Of a stretch of DNA of 64,000 nucleotides, positions 49,736 to 61,299 are shown one piece after another. The notes under the pieces were generated by a model. The model saw only the letters and a program-made list of their open reading frames with translations. It was not told the origin of the DNA and ran no database searches. Source of the stretch: Cetorhinus maximus (Eukaryota); the NCBI RefSeq assembly GCF_964194155.1, contig NC_135899.1, forward strand, positions 81,654,001 through 81,718,000, given 5' to 3'. The first letter of the stretch is position 1; every line of letters begins with the position of its first letter. The translations under genes were made by a program, and so were the position numbers.

Positions 49736-50801
49736 TCCGGCCTCCTCCCCCTTCTAGCTCTCCTTTCTCCCTCAGAAGAGGTGCCTCCAGTGGAGAGTTC
49801 AACTCCCATTCCCAGGCTAAGGGAAGGCTTCCTGAAACCTGCAGGCCCAAAAAAGATTCCTCACTGCAGAGTGCTGACCTGAAGATTAAGAGTCCAGACA
49901 AAGCAGCTGTTATGTGTTTTGAAGTATTGCAGATCACACAGGCAAGTTTCAATAACTTAATCAACACTTAAGAGAGCACACTCGCGACCCCAGTGAGCCC
50001 TCTTATCCCGCCCGTGGATGAGGTTTGTGCAAATGTGTCCTACCCGCCTGCCCGTTGCACCTGTGCGCCGACCCGAAGGTTGCACGGGTGCTGAAAAATT
50101 GGTGTCAATTGGTGAGTCAAGGGCCTTAAGTGGCCCGTTAATTAATGGCAGGTGTGCAGTGGATATCATCGTGTGCCCGCCCAATGAAATATTGCGATGG
50201 CACGCGGTGACGTGGGGAACTCGCCCAACGTCACTGCACGTCATTTTACGTGCAGACGTGTGGGACCAGCCCCCGCATGCCAATGGGAAAATTCTGCCCA
50301 TAGTGTTTAGATGTTTGGGGTGAATGCGTGAGTAAATAATCCTCTTTATTTAAACCCGCAAAAGCTTGCTGCTGCTTTTAAATTGGCCGCACCCAGTCTG
50401 GGGGCTAAGAAACACACACATCTTCCAAAATCTTTCAAAAAATGCATTGATTACAGGCGGTAAGGGAAAGGGCACAAGGTTTTCAGTCATCTCCCGACCC
50501 TCTTTGCAGCAATACATATTTTTAAGTACCTGCATGTTGGCAATCATTCCTATCATCTTTGTCATCCTGCCTGCCATTCTGCACCTTAGTTTGTCTCGAA
50601 ATTTAATGGAGACATGAAAAATTATGAATTTGCACCTCTGTGTCATGCCAATAGTTAGATTTTAAAACAAAAGATACTGTCACTTCACGAAGTTTAACAT
50701 GTAAGACGAGAATGGTCAGTCAGGCTGTAAAAAATGAACCGAAATCAAAAAGTGCTGGAAAAACTCAGCAGGTCTGACAGCATCTGTGGAGAGAGAGACA
50801 G

Positions 50802-50840
50802 AGATAACGTTTCGAGTCCGTATGACCCTTCTTCAGATCT
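50802..50840 (-). ncRNA. Minimal type I hammerhead ribozyme
   Basis: AGAT-CTGAAGA-A-GGGTC-ATACG-GACTC-GAAA-CG-TT-ATCT on the minus strand. Confidence 0.8.
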
Positions 50841-50907
50841 GGTGAGTCAAGGGCCTTAAGTGGCCCGTTAATTAATGGCAGGCGCGCAGCGGATATCATC
50901 GACCAAC

Positions 50908-50944
50908 GATCTGAAGAAGAGTCATACGGACTAGAAACGTTATC
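50908..50944 (+). ncRNA. Minimal type I hammerhead ribozyme
   Basis: GAT-CTGAAGA-A-GAGTC-ATACG-GACTA-GAAA-CG-TT-ATC; the closing pair of stem II is mismatched. Confidence 0.75.
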
Positions 50945-51129
50945 TCTGTCTTTCTCTCCACAGATGCTGTCAGACCTGCTGAGCTTTTCCAGCATTTTTT
51001 GTTTTCGTTTCAGATTTCCAGTAGCCGCAGTATTTTGCCTTTGTTATGTCAAAAAAATGAATGGTGCACCACCGTGCATTTGGATATTGATGTACGTTAC
51101 CTTGATGAAATGTTTGAAGTATTAACATG

Positions 51130-52020
51130 TTCAGTCTGTCAGATTTCGAGCTATAATCTCAGTCTGGGAGAAATATGAGGAAGAAGGCAGCAGCGTGTAG
51201 ATTGGGTGGCTCTGGCTTTTGTGCAGCAGTTTCCTTATCTCTATTGCCACCTCTCCCAAGGGACTACCATCGACGAGGAAGTCCAACGCCAAGTCAACTG
51301 TGCCAGGGCTGCCTTCTTCAAGTTGCGCCAACGTGGGCCTTTGACAACAGGGACTTGCGGAAGTCAACAAAGGTTCTGGTTTTATAAGGCTGATGTGTTG
51401 ACCACCCTCCTCTACTGCAGCGAAACATGGACTGTCTACTGACGACACATTGAGATCCTTGAGAGCTTCCATCAGTGGCGCTTGTGTCCAATTCTGGGGA
51501 TCAAATGGGAGGGCCGCCAGACTAACGCGAGTGCCCTCCATGAGTCTACCAGCATCAAAGCCCTGCTCCCGCAGAACCAACTCCGATGGACGGGCCATTG
51601 CTTCCGGAAGCCCAAAATCCTCCTCCCTTGACAGGCTCTCTTCTCACAGGCTCTCCGTTGGCCAACGCTCAAAGGAAAAGGTATAAGGATACGCCCATGG
51701 TCACCTTAAAGCACGCATTAACGCCACTGACTGGGAGGAGAAGGCTGTTGATCGCTCGCCATGGCACCACCGGGTCCATCAAGGCGCCAGCTACTTTGAG
51801 GTTCAGCGACTCGACAGCGAGGCAGAACGGTGCCAGCAGAGGAAGGAGAAGGAAGCCAACCCGGGGCTGCGATTTCCACCCCGCTGCGCAACAACGTGCC
51901 TCCCATTGCGAAAGAACATGTGGGTCCAGAACTGGACTCCTCAGTCATCTGAAGTCTCACCGAGCCTGATGGACGTCATCCTCGATTCCGAGGGACCGTC
52001 GATGGCGACAACGACAATAC
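51130..52020 (+). mobile_element. RTE-clade (BovB-like) LINE 3' fragment
   Basis: IDEEVQRQVNCARAAF; YKADVLTTLLYCSETWTVY; QLRWTGH; QRKRYKD; terminal C2H2-like CERTCGSRTGLLSHLKSH; tail gtcatcctcgattccgaggga followed by short repeats. Confidence 0.85.
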
Positions 52021-52059
52021 ATTGTCACATTGTCTGCCAATTATAATCTTGGCTGTTTT

Positions 52060-52300
52060 TTAAAATTGGGGGTGTGAGTGTCGCTGGCTAGGCCAGCATT
52101 TATTGCCCATCCCTAATTGCCCTTGAGAAGGTGGTGTTGAGCTACCTCCTTGAATATAACTGAAAGGCTTGCCAGGCCATTTCAGAAGGCAGTTAAGAGT
52201 CAACCACATTACAAAGGGGTTAGAGTCACACATAGACCCGACTGGCTAAGGACAGTCGATTTCCTCTCTTAAAGGACATTAGTGACCCAGAAGGACTTTT
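52060..52300 (-). mobile_element. HE1-like SINE, partial
   Basis: gctggctaggccagcatttattgcccatccctaattgcccttg...aaggacattagtga. Confidence 0.75.
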
Positions 52301-52302
52301 GC

Positions 52303-53198
52303 AGCCTATTAAAGCTCCTCCAGAATAGACCAAGCAATGGAGCCATTGTTTAAGCGTCACAGTGGTCTATCTGATGACATTTTGTATGGCAGCATAGCTT
52401 TCATTATATGCATGCTGCCCACGCGTGTATGAGTTGTGCACTGGAGACAGGATCCAGTGAGGACACCCCTTCTTGCCCAGTAACCACCATCTGGTTTCTT
52501 GTGGTAGCTCAGATACTGATGGTAGAGCAGATAGGTGCAGAATTAAACATTAGGATTGCTGCTGGGACACCAGGCGCTCGACTTGCCTGGTGCAGTATGG
52601 TGCAGTACACCAACTGAACATTAAGCGAGTGGAACCCTCTGAACTTACATGCAGCACCTGTATATGAAGCCAAAGGCTTTGCGCCAAGGGGAAGCCTGCT
52701 ATTCTGGCCAAGTGAGTGCACACTCTGCCTGCCTCTCTCTAAAAGGAGAGAATGTGACATATTCCCCTCTGTTTTGCATTCAGAACTTTGGTGACCTTCC
52801 TTATACAACTGAGAGGTGGTGAATTGTGAGATATTGGAGAATTCACCTGTCTGAGCTAGGAAGGAGCCCGATGCAAAGAAACTCATGGCCACAATTTCCT
52901 CTGCAGCCACTAGCAATGCCATCCTCACCCTACCCCAGGGCTGCAGCTCTGCTTCCAAGAGGTGGCAGATTTGAACAAGTGACTCCTTAGTGAAATGGAG
53001 AGGTCACACACACACTGTTCCTTGCAGAGGTTGAGATCAGAGAATGGTCCCCTGAAGACCCTGGGCCTCCTGCAGAGAGGCTTTCCCCCCCCACATCACC
53101 CCCTCTCTCTCTGATTAGTTTACCCTCTCCTGTGCCGACCCCACTCATTCTCCTGGTCATGTTGCAGGCCAATGGGGATTGAAACAACGACACCCATG
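52303..53198 (-). pseudogene. Heavily decayed Harbinger transposase of a different subfamily
   Basis: FFASGSFLAQTGEFSNISQ, GFHSLNVQLV and LKQWLHCLVYSGGAL align with motifs of 48575-49735; many stops and frameshifts. Confidence 0.75.
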
Positions 53199-53437
53199 GC
53201 TGGGAGCAAGTTGTCTGAGCAGAATAATTGAAGTCACAACTCATGTCTTCCCTGTAGACTTCAGCACCTCAACTATCAGTATAAACCTCCAAAACACTTC
53301 CAACAACTTAGCAACAGTCAGTCAAAATCAATCAGCAACTAACCAGAATATATAGTCGCCATTAATGAAAGAAAATACCTTAGTTAAAAATGTGACTGGA
53401 GACTCGCACAAAGTATTTGCCAGGATTGATTTTTGCT

Positions 53438-55008
53438 AAAAGCAAAAAACTGCTGATGCTGGAAATCCAAAACAAAAACAGAAACAGAAATGCCTGGAAA
53501 AACTCAGCAGGTCTGACAGCATCTGTGGAGAGGAAGACAAGAGTTAATGTTTCGAGTCCGTATGACTCTTCATCAGAACTAAAGAGGAATAGAAATGCGG
53601 TGAAATATAAGCTGTTTAAGGGGGGGTGGGACAGGTGGAGCTGGATAGAGGGCCAGTGATAGGTGGAGGCAAAGGAGAGATTGCCAAGGATGTCATAAAC
53701 AAAAGGTCAAAGGGGTGTTGAGGGTCATGATATTAGCTAAAGGATGTGCTAATGGTGACATTAAGGGTAGAAAGCAAGATGGGCAAGTGACAGATGGCCC
53801 TAGTGGGGGGAAGGGATTGAAATAGGCTAAAAGATGGAGATAAAACAATGGATAGAAATAAATTTTAAAAATAATAATAGAAATAGGTGGGGAAAAAAAA
53901 AATATATATATATATAAAAATATATAATAATTATTGGGGAAAAGGGGGTCAAAAAGGAGGTGGGGATGGTGGAGAGAGTTCATGATCTAAAATTGTTGAA
54001 CTCAATGTTGAGTCCGGAAGGCTGTAAAGTGCCTAGCCGGAAGATGAGGTGCTGTTCCTCCAGTTTGCGTTGAGCTTCACTGGAACATTGCAGCAGGCCA
54101 AGGACAGACATGTGGGCATGAGAGCAGGGTGGTGTGTTGAAATGGCAAGCGACAGGGAGGTCTGGGTAATACTTGCGGACAGACCGAAGGTGTTCTGCAA
54201 AGCGGTCACCCAGTCTGCGTTTAATCTCTCCAATGTAGAGGAAACCGCATTGGGAGCAACGAATGCAGTAGACTAAGTTGAGGGAAGTGCAAGTGAAATG
54301 CTGCTTCACTTGAAAGGAGTGTTTGGGCCCTTGGACGATGAGGAGAGGGGAAGTAAAGGGGCAGGTGTTGCACCTTCTGCGGTTGCATGGGAAGGTGCCG
54401 TGGGAGGGGGTTGAGGTGTAGGGGGTGATGGAGGAGTGGACCAGGGTGTCTCGGAGGGAACGATCCCTGCGGAATGCCGCCGGGGGGGTGAAGGGAAGAT
54501 GTGTTTGGTGGTGGCATCATGCTGGAGTTGGCGGAAATGGCGGAGGATGATCCTTTGAAAGCAGAGGCTGGTGGGGTGATAAGTGAGGACAAAGGGATAT
54601 CATGGTTCTGAGAGGGAGAGGAAGGTGTGGGGGCGGATGCACAGGAGATGGGCCGGACACGGTTGAGGGCCCTGTCAACCACCGTGAATGGAAAACCTTG
54701 GTTAAGGAAGAAGGAAGACATGTCAGAAGAACTGTTTTGGAAAGCAGCATCATCAGAACAGATGCAACGGAGGCGAAGGAATTGAGGGAATGGGATGGAG
54801 TCCTTATAGGAAGCGGGGTGTGAGGAGCTGTAGTCGAGGTAGCTGTGGGAGTCAGTGGGCTTGTAATGATTATTGGTGGATAGTCTATCACCAGAAATTG
54901 AGACAGAGAGGTCAAGGAAGGGAAGGGAAGTGTCAGTGATGGACCATGTGAAAATGATGGAAGGGTGGAAATTGGAAGCAAAGTTAATACATTTTTCCAG
55001 GTCCAGCA
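53438..55008 (-). mobile_element. Penelope-like element, 5'-truncated: RT C-terminus + GIY-YIG endonuclease + 3' end with hammerhead
   Basis: FASNFHPSIIFTWS....LPFLDLSV...YKPTDSHSYLDYSSSHP..KDSIPF.QFLRLR.ICS; FTCTSLNLVYCIRCSQCGFLYIGEIKRRLGDRFAEHL...VACHFN...RKLEEQHLIFRLGTLQPSGLN. Confidence 0.93.
53542..53580 (-). ncRNA. Minimal type I hammerhead ribozyme in the Penelope 3' end
   Basis: AGTT-CTGATGA-A-GAGTC-ATACG-GACTC-GAAA-CA-TT-AACT; perfect core and 5-bp stem II; the stem III CG has decayed to CA. Confidence 0.8.
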
Positions 55009-55199
55009 TTACAAACTAACTGAAGTCACTTTCTGTCTACTCTGCATGCTTCTGATGCATACTCCTAATGTCAGTGCTAATGTCCTCACCAAAATGGCAC
55101 CTGTGCCGCTCACACCAAGCGCACAGCAAGGACACCATTTTACACATGGCCAGCACCCATAGTGTTGCAAAAACAGGTGCTGTGCAACAGAATTTTGCA

Positions 55200-55312
55200 A
55201 CATTGAAGATTAGCCACTGTTGTAATGTAGGAAGTGTGGCAGCCAATTTGCACACAGCTAGGGCCCTCAAAGAGCACTGGGATAATGACCAAGTAATCTG
55301 TTGGTTGAAATA
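55200..55312 (-). mobile_element. DeuSINE fragment
   Basis: tagccactgttgtaatgtagg...gccaatttgcacacagc...gataatgacca matches 41045-41150. Confidence 0.7.
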
Positions 55313-56919
55313 ATGCAAGAGAGAGGAGAATTAAAGAGGGAAAGAGAGAAAGAGTTAGTTTTGTGGTATAATTTAGTGCCAAGGCTAACGCACAATGAAG
55401 CCTCATCCTTTTGACTGCTCTTCCTGTGTTTTTCTCTTGGCCGTCTTGCTGAGTTCAAATGCAGAATTACGTTGGTATCTTTCACCTGTTGTTCATTTAA
55501 TATGCACGCTAAAGCTGGATATTGCTTAATTACAGGAACAGAGATATGAAGAAAAGGGCATTATAATAGGAAAGTATCTGACAGGATAAAGCGGTGCTAT
55601 TTATGTACCTTTAAGCAGACATTCAAAGCTGCATATTAATATCACATTCTTGAAAAGTTTGTCCTGTTCAAAGTCCCTGAGAATACTCACAGTAGAAAAA
55701 AAAAGCCAAGAGTGCAGCAGGGTTCCTGATAATAGCGCACTTTAAGCTGGACCAGCTGTCTCCATAGTGACCTGACTGACATTTTCTTCTATCTGCAAAT
55801 TGTTGTCAAAGGTTATAATCAAGGAGAAAGTAGGGAGTGAGGGGATAGAGCTAGACTGAATTTTGAAGCTCTGATAAAGCCAAAAAAAAAAATCCTACAA
55901 TTTATCATCTTCTGCAGTGTTTTTATTAATCACATCTGAACAAGTATTTTGATGTTGACAGCTGCAGACATGAAATGGAGGGCAGAATCATTAAAATGTA
56001 GTTCATTAAAGCTTCATTACCCAATTAAGAGCTGAATATGAAAGTCCTCAATGGATTCTTATTGCATTTACTGTAAAATACTGACAAAAACAGCAGGAAA
56101 GATTCAGCACCATGGAGAGCTGAAATTATGCTTGTGCGACTGCTGGGGCTGAGTGAGCCAATGTGTACTCAAATGTTTCCACCATTAAAGAGAGAGCATC
56201 TCTTTTTGTTAGTCCACCTAGTGTGCAATTTCAAACTATCAAAGTAAAGGTCAAGTTGCATAAAAGTGGTGCAGTTAAAGTTCACAGCAGAGGTTCTGTC
56301 TGAAGCAAGCAAAATAACAGCAAATACCTACAAACAGGCACCTCAGAGTTGTAAGACTTTACCCGCAAGTGGCTCTGCTTTAGCACCAAAACAATCTACA
56401 TCTTTCTATTCTATTTCTCTTTTCGAATATGGATGCTCTGTGACACGGCGTAACAGGTTTACAGCAAAACTGACTTCTTTCAAAGTCTTGTTCAATTTAA
56501 ACACCTTCGAATCAAATATGCCCTTAAAAGCTCAGCTCGAAAAGCACAATGATAATTTTGCCATTTTGGTCTTCACATTCAAATTATAAAGGAAAATATT
56601 ATCCACTCTGCTTCCAGTCCATGTTTGCTGCATGCCCGTCAAATGAATCTGACAGTTCCGTTTTTTAAAAAAAGAAATTAAACTTCTTGAAGCAGACAGA
56701 CTGAAAACTTAATGTCACATAGTTCTTTACATTTAATTCTGTTATAACATTCAGGAAAGGAAATTAATAGCTTACCAATTCATTGGATTTGTGTGTGACT
56801 TCTGCATTTTGACAAGCTGCGAAAGACTCTTGGAAATAGCTCTGAATGTGCTTGAAATGGTAGAAAGCCTGATTTCTGCTCTCAGCATTGTGGAGCCAGG
56901 AAGTTGAGGTGCAATGCGG

Positions 56920-57325
56920 TAACAACAATATTTATATAGTGCCTCTAACATCGTAAAACATCAGAGGAGGCTTCACAGGAGCATTATCAAACCAAAGTTT
57001 GACCCTGAGCTACATAAGAATATATAAGGGCCGGTGACTAAAAGCTTGTTCAAAGAGGCAGGTTTTAAGGAGCATCTGAAGTGAGGAAAGAATGGTAGAG
57101 GGGTGGAGAGGTTCAGGGAGGAAATTCCGGAGTTTAGGAACTTGGCAGCTGAATGGTCACTAATGCTGAGGAAATTAAAAGTGGGACATTCAAGAGGCCA
57201 CAACTGGAGGAGTTCAGATATCTCAGAGGGTTGTATGGCTGGAGGAGGCGACTGAGACATGGATGTGCGAGGCCACAAAGGTATTGGAAAACAAGTGTGA
57301 GAATTTTAAAATGGAGTCATTGTTT
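56920..57325 (-). mobile_element. L2-like LINE 3' end
   Basis: aacaacaa..tttatatagtgcct.taac tail, gcttcacaggagcattatcaaa, ggttttaaggagcatct. Confidence 0.7.
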
Positions 57326-59102
57326 GATTCTGAGATTCTGCCTAAATTGTAGGAGCCTTTTAAATTCTGGGACGGGGCTGGTGGACGAATCTTCCAAGGG
57401 GACATGACTGAGGTTTCCATAGAAATATCACCAGATCGGCTCGACATTCACCGGCAGCAGGTGTAGGTTGTACTCTGGGATTTCTAAAAGCCCCACGGTG
57501 CAGGAGGGAGGGGTTGATTACTCTGAATAGACAACCAGACAGCCCCTGCAGAAGCTGCAGGATTTGGCTGCTCTATATCTGGTGAGGCCTTGACCAACTC
57601 TCCCATGCCACTTCGGAATGGCATGGAGCTACTCTGACTTTCTGGGCCTCCACTGGTCACGGGCCTCTGATGCACCCTAAGAAGTACCAACAGCCTGTCT
57701 CAAGTATGGCAATGACCCAGTCACCAGAATTTAGAACAGGGTCCACAGCCCCCAACATGAGCATACAATGGTTCCACTCTGCTGGACTTGTGTTGTCTGA
57801 AAGAACATCCAGGGTCTTCAGTAAGTTTATTTGATCTGGTTTTTAATTGTTTTATTAATGCTTTGCAAACCTGTTATCTGAATTTATCGATAGCGTACCC
57901 TGGCTTTATTCTCATTCCAATGGAGGCGTTCGCATTAGAAAAATCTTAATGCAATTTTAGAACATCACGGTGATTATACCACAGCTGTTCAGTAAGTTTT
58001 CTCATTTATTCGCAAAACAGTCCAGCCTCCCCCCCCACAGAAAATAATCTCAGGATTGGCTCCTTTGCTGGTGCCACATTAGTTGTGTTGGAGGCATGAT
58101 CGAATATTGCTGTTGATCTCAGCATATAGAGCTAGACTTCCTGGCCCCTGCTTGCAATGCAGCAGTTTCTGCAAAAAGTAACCCTGGATAGGTCAAGACA
58201 TGAAATGACGTAACTTTCAATCAGGTGTCAGTGGGAAATAGGCAATATTGGACTGATCTCCCTGCCCAAATTTCCTTTCTATTGAACCCAATGGGGTGTG
58301 GCATAGGCTGATGATCTATTGCATCCAGTTTTCAGCCCCCACCCCACCCCAAAGTTGAAGGTTAACCCTTGACGTCCTGTCAGCGTCCAAGCTGGCATAT
58401 GAGCATCGCCATGTGAACAAGGTATTGCGGTGCACTTAGTGCCATTTATCTGTATCTCAGGGAACAGCGGACAACATTGGAAGAGGAGGGGATGGGAGGA
58501 AAAGGGAGAGGAGAAAGATGGGCGGAAAGAGAAATCACTGCTCCTGATTGATGCCTGGAGAACAAAAGTAAGTGGCAACTGTTCTCCTGTTCCAAAACCA
58601 AGATAACTAATGTTAAAAGGAGCCATTAGGAATTGGGAGGCAGGAAATCCTGGAAGTTGAGATACATTTTCCTTCTTCATGTTCAACATGATTGACAGAA
58701 ATAATTTGGTGAACTGGCAGCATAATGTTTTGGAGATGCGTTTGAATTTTGCTCACATTACATGGTGCACTGACAGAGGGTAGCAGCAACATTGAGGCTC
58801 TTGGCCCTGTTTGTGTCAGAGCCAGAAATGTGTGAACTTAAACCCAACTCTTTTCTAGTTCATTGTTGAAGCAGCTGTCCCCACAGAAACTGCATGAGGT
58901 TAATTTTATTTTAAGCAGTAACTATAACCTGGTGTTGGATCCTGGTCGCCAGTTTGTTGGATCCTGAGGATCCTGGTCACACGCTTGTTGTGAGTGGTGG
59001 TCGAGTAGGTACTATTGATAGAGTTGATAGGCAGAGGCATCATAGGTGGAAACTCTTAGTTTATTTACAAAGGTACTCGGTAGCTTACGCTTCAAACTTT
59101 AT

Positions 59103-59745
59103 GGGCAAAATTTTTAGCTCGGTGGGTGGGTGCGTGTCTGACCCCCTCGAGCGTGAAATGATGCGCGTTGAAGTTGGCTGTGTGCTGACGTCAATGCGCA
59201 GTCACACGATAGTTCAGTCGGTGGGCGTGTGCCAGAGTTGACAGCGCGCCTGCGACAATTAAAAGGTCTGTTAAGGCCATTAAACAATCAGTTAACTTAA
59301 ATTTTACATTGCCCGTCCAACCTTACAGTCAAGGCCAAGCGGCCTTTGCATTTTTTTTTGGAAACCTCATCCATGGGCGAGATGGGGGTTTCCAAAGGCA
59401 AATAAAGATAGAAGTTTTCAAATTGAATTAATAACATGTTTTATTAACATTTTTTAATTCTTTAGTTTTTTAAAAAAAAAACTCTTCATCTCCCTGAGGA
59501 AGCTCTGCCCTCCACCCCCGCCCATCCCCCCGCCCCCCACCCCCCCCGCCCCCTCAGCCCCCCGCCCGGACAGGCAGCGCTGAGCACTGCCGCTTGCATT
59601 TCATGCTCGATGGGCCTTAATTGGCCCGCCAGAGTGAAATTGCGGACTGGCCCTGATCGCAGGTGGCTTCCCGACCACCCTCACCCGCCCCCACCCGCCC
59701 CCACCTACCCCTGCCGAGCCTGCCCGCCAAGGGCAAAATTCTGCC
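59103..59745 (-). mobile_element. Harbinger-derived MITE
   Basis: TIRs GGGCAAAATTTT / AAAATTCTGCC; TAT on both flanks; family hairpin ggaaacctcatcc...gatggggtttcc. Confidence 0.85.
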
Positions 59746-60784
59746 TATCTCTACACTGCCAACTACTGAGGTAGCCAACGCTACTCTATTATTGGATACC
59801 AAGATCATGCGATCTTCCTTAATAACATTTTTCATAAAGGTATATTACACATCAGATTAACCACACTTGGGCTTTTCTTTTACATTTTCACCCAATGAAA
59901 TCTCAACATTTTCCGCAGTTTTGGTGGGTGAATGGGTCAGTCTAATTTTTGACGTTTCGATGCTAAATTGTGTCAACCGAGAGGACAGGACTGTGATCCA
60001 CGGGTAAACTATAAGCTAAGGGAGGAGGGAAATGAAAATAGTGTGCAGGCAAGGAGGGGAGTGAAGGAAGAGGAAAGAAAATAGTCTATGAACGTTTTGA
60101 AGGCCAAAATGAAGGACAGGATCATTTGGATAGTCTGAACAGCCTTTCTTTGCTCAAATATCTGTGTTGAATGGGATGTTCATACAGTGATTTATAGCCC
60201 TTTCTGAAGCATAAATATGAAAGCTTTGAGGATTGACTGAATGTAAATAGGGCTGTAACTAATAGTAACAATAATTTACTAAGGTGTACAGTTCCAATTT
60301 ACATGCAAATGATTCATTACCTCATATTTTATTCAGTGTGAAAATACCATCTCAGAAAAAAATAGAATAGTGGGTCCTTGGCAGCAATCACAAAGATCTA
60401 TTCTGATATGCCTCTTATAATTAAAATAGTTCATAGCTGCAAGAACTCATTATGTAAAATTTACCTTATCACAGACTCTTCTTCATCTTTGGTTAATCTC
60501 GCAGGAGAAAATTCTGCCTAAACACTTTGAATCCAAAGATGCTTAGAGAAGATTCCAGTCTATTTGCCCACTTCCTAACTCCAACTTTCAACCCTAGTCT
60601 AGAGCAGACTATATCGTTCACTAGCCATGTAACACAGGAACATGCTGTTTTGGAAGCTATGAGCCTGATTTTTAACACTGAGCAAATGAATGGGTTTTGA
60701 GCGAGTTAAGATTCCCTCGATGTGTCTCACAGTGGAGTCACACAGTCTCACAGTCAAAACATAACTACAGCGTCCAATTCCATG

Positions 60785-61060
60785 CAGCTTAGCTAGCTGC
60801 AGTCTTGTCTCTGAGTCAGAGATTGTGCATTCAAACTCCACTCCAGAAGCATACAGTTTATGCCCACAGTCTAGTACCGAGTCTGTTCCAATATTGGAAG
60901 TGTCATCCACAAGTGCAGTTGCTAAGCTGAGGCTCTGTCTATTTGTTCCTGCAGATGGATGTTAAAGATCCCATGGTACTAAATGAAGAAGAGCACGGAA
61001 AACAAATTTACTGCTCATCCATTGTGTAGCTCTTTTTGAGCTTCTCTTTGTGTGCAAAAG
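60785..61060 (+). mobile_element. Degenerate DeuSINE
   Basis: ctctgagtcagaga.tgtg..ttcaaactccactccag head; gatggatgttaaagatcccatgg.act...gaagaagagca core. Confidence 0.55.
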
Positions 61061-61299
61061 AGTTAGTGGGCTGGACTTTGGGGAATGGGGCCGCTGAGGG
61101 AAAACTGTTAGCATTCACCGTCATTATCCCTCTGTAACTGACCGCAACATCAGGGTGTCCGGTGTGTGCAGGTTATGGGGAAATCCTGAAGTTGTGGTTT
61201 GTCACTCCGTGCTCCACCACAGGCTCTGCTGTGTGGTGTATATTTTATTTCATCTCAGAGCAATGCAGAGATGACACTAGTTTCTATGAGCGTAACAAG

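Larger units (their letters stand above)
46563..50299. mobile_element. PIF/Harbinger DNA transposon with both ends and an internal deletion of the Myb exon
   Basis: Perfect 13-bp TIRs GGGCAGAATTTTC / GAAAATTCTGCCC; ATA duplicated on both sides; two convergent genes with ATTAAA (48367, +) and AATAAA (48465-48470, -) between them. Confidence 0.95.
50739..51046. mobile_element. Fold-back insertion of two inverted Penelope 3' ends with a captured Harbinger fragment in the loop
   Basis: Arms ~50739-50843 and ~50902-51046 are inverted copies of the end of 53438-55008; flanks TGTAAAAAATGAA (50726-50738) and TGTCAAAAAAATGAA (51047-51061). Confidence 0.85.

Noticed and set aside
53400-55030. TSD around the Penelope element
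   Set aside because: No convincing duplication found at either junction
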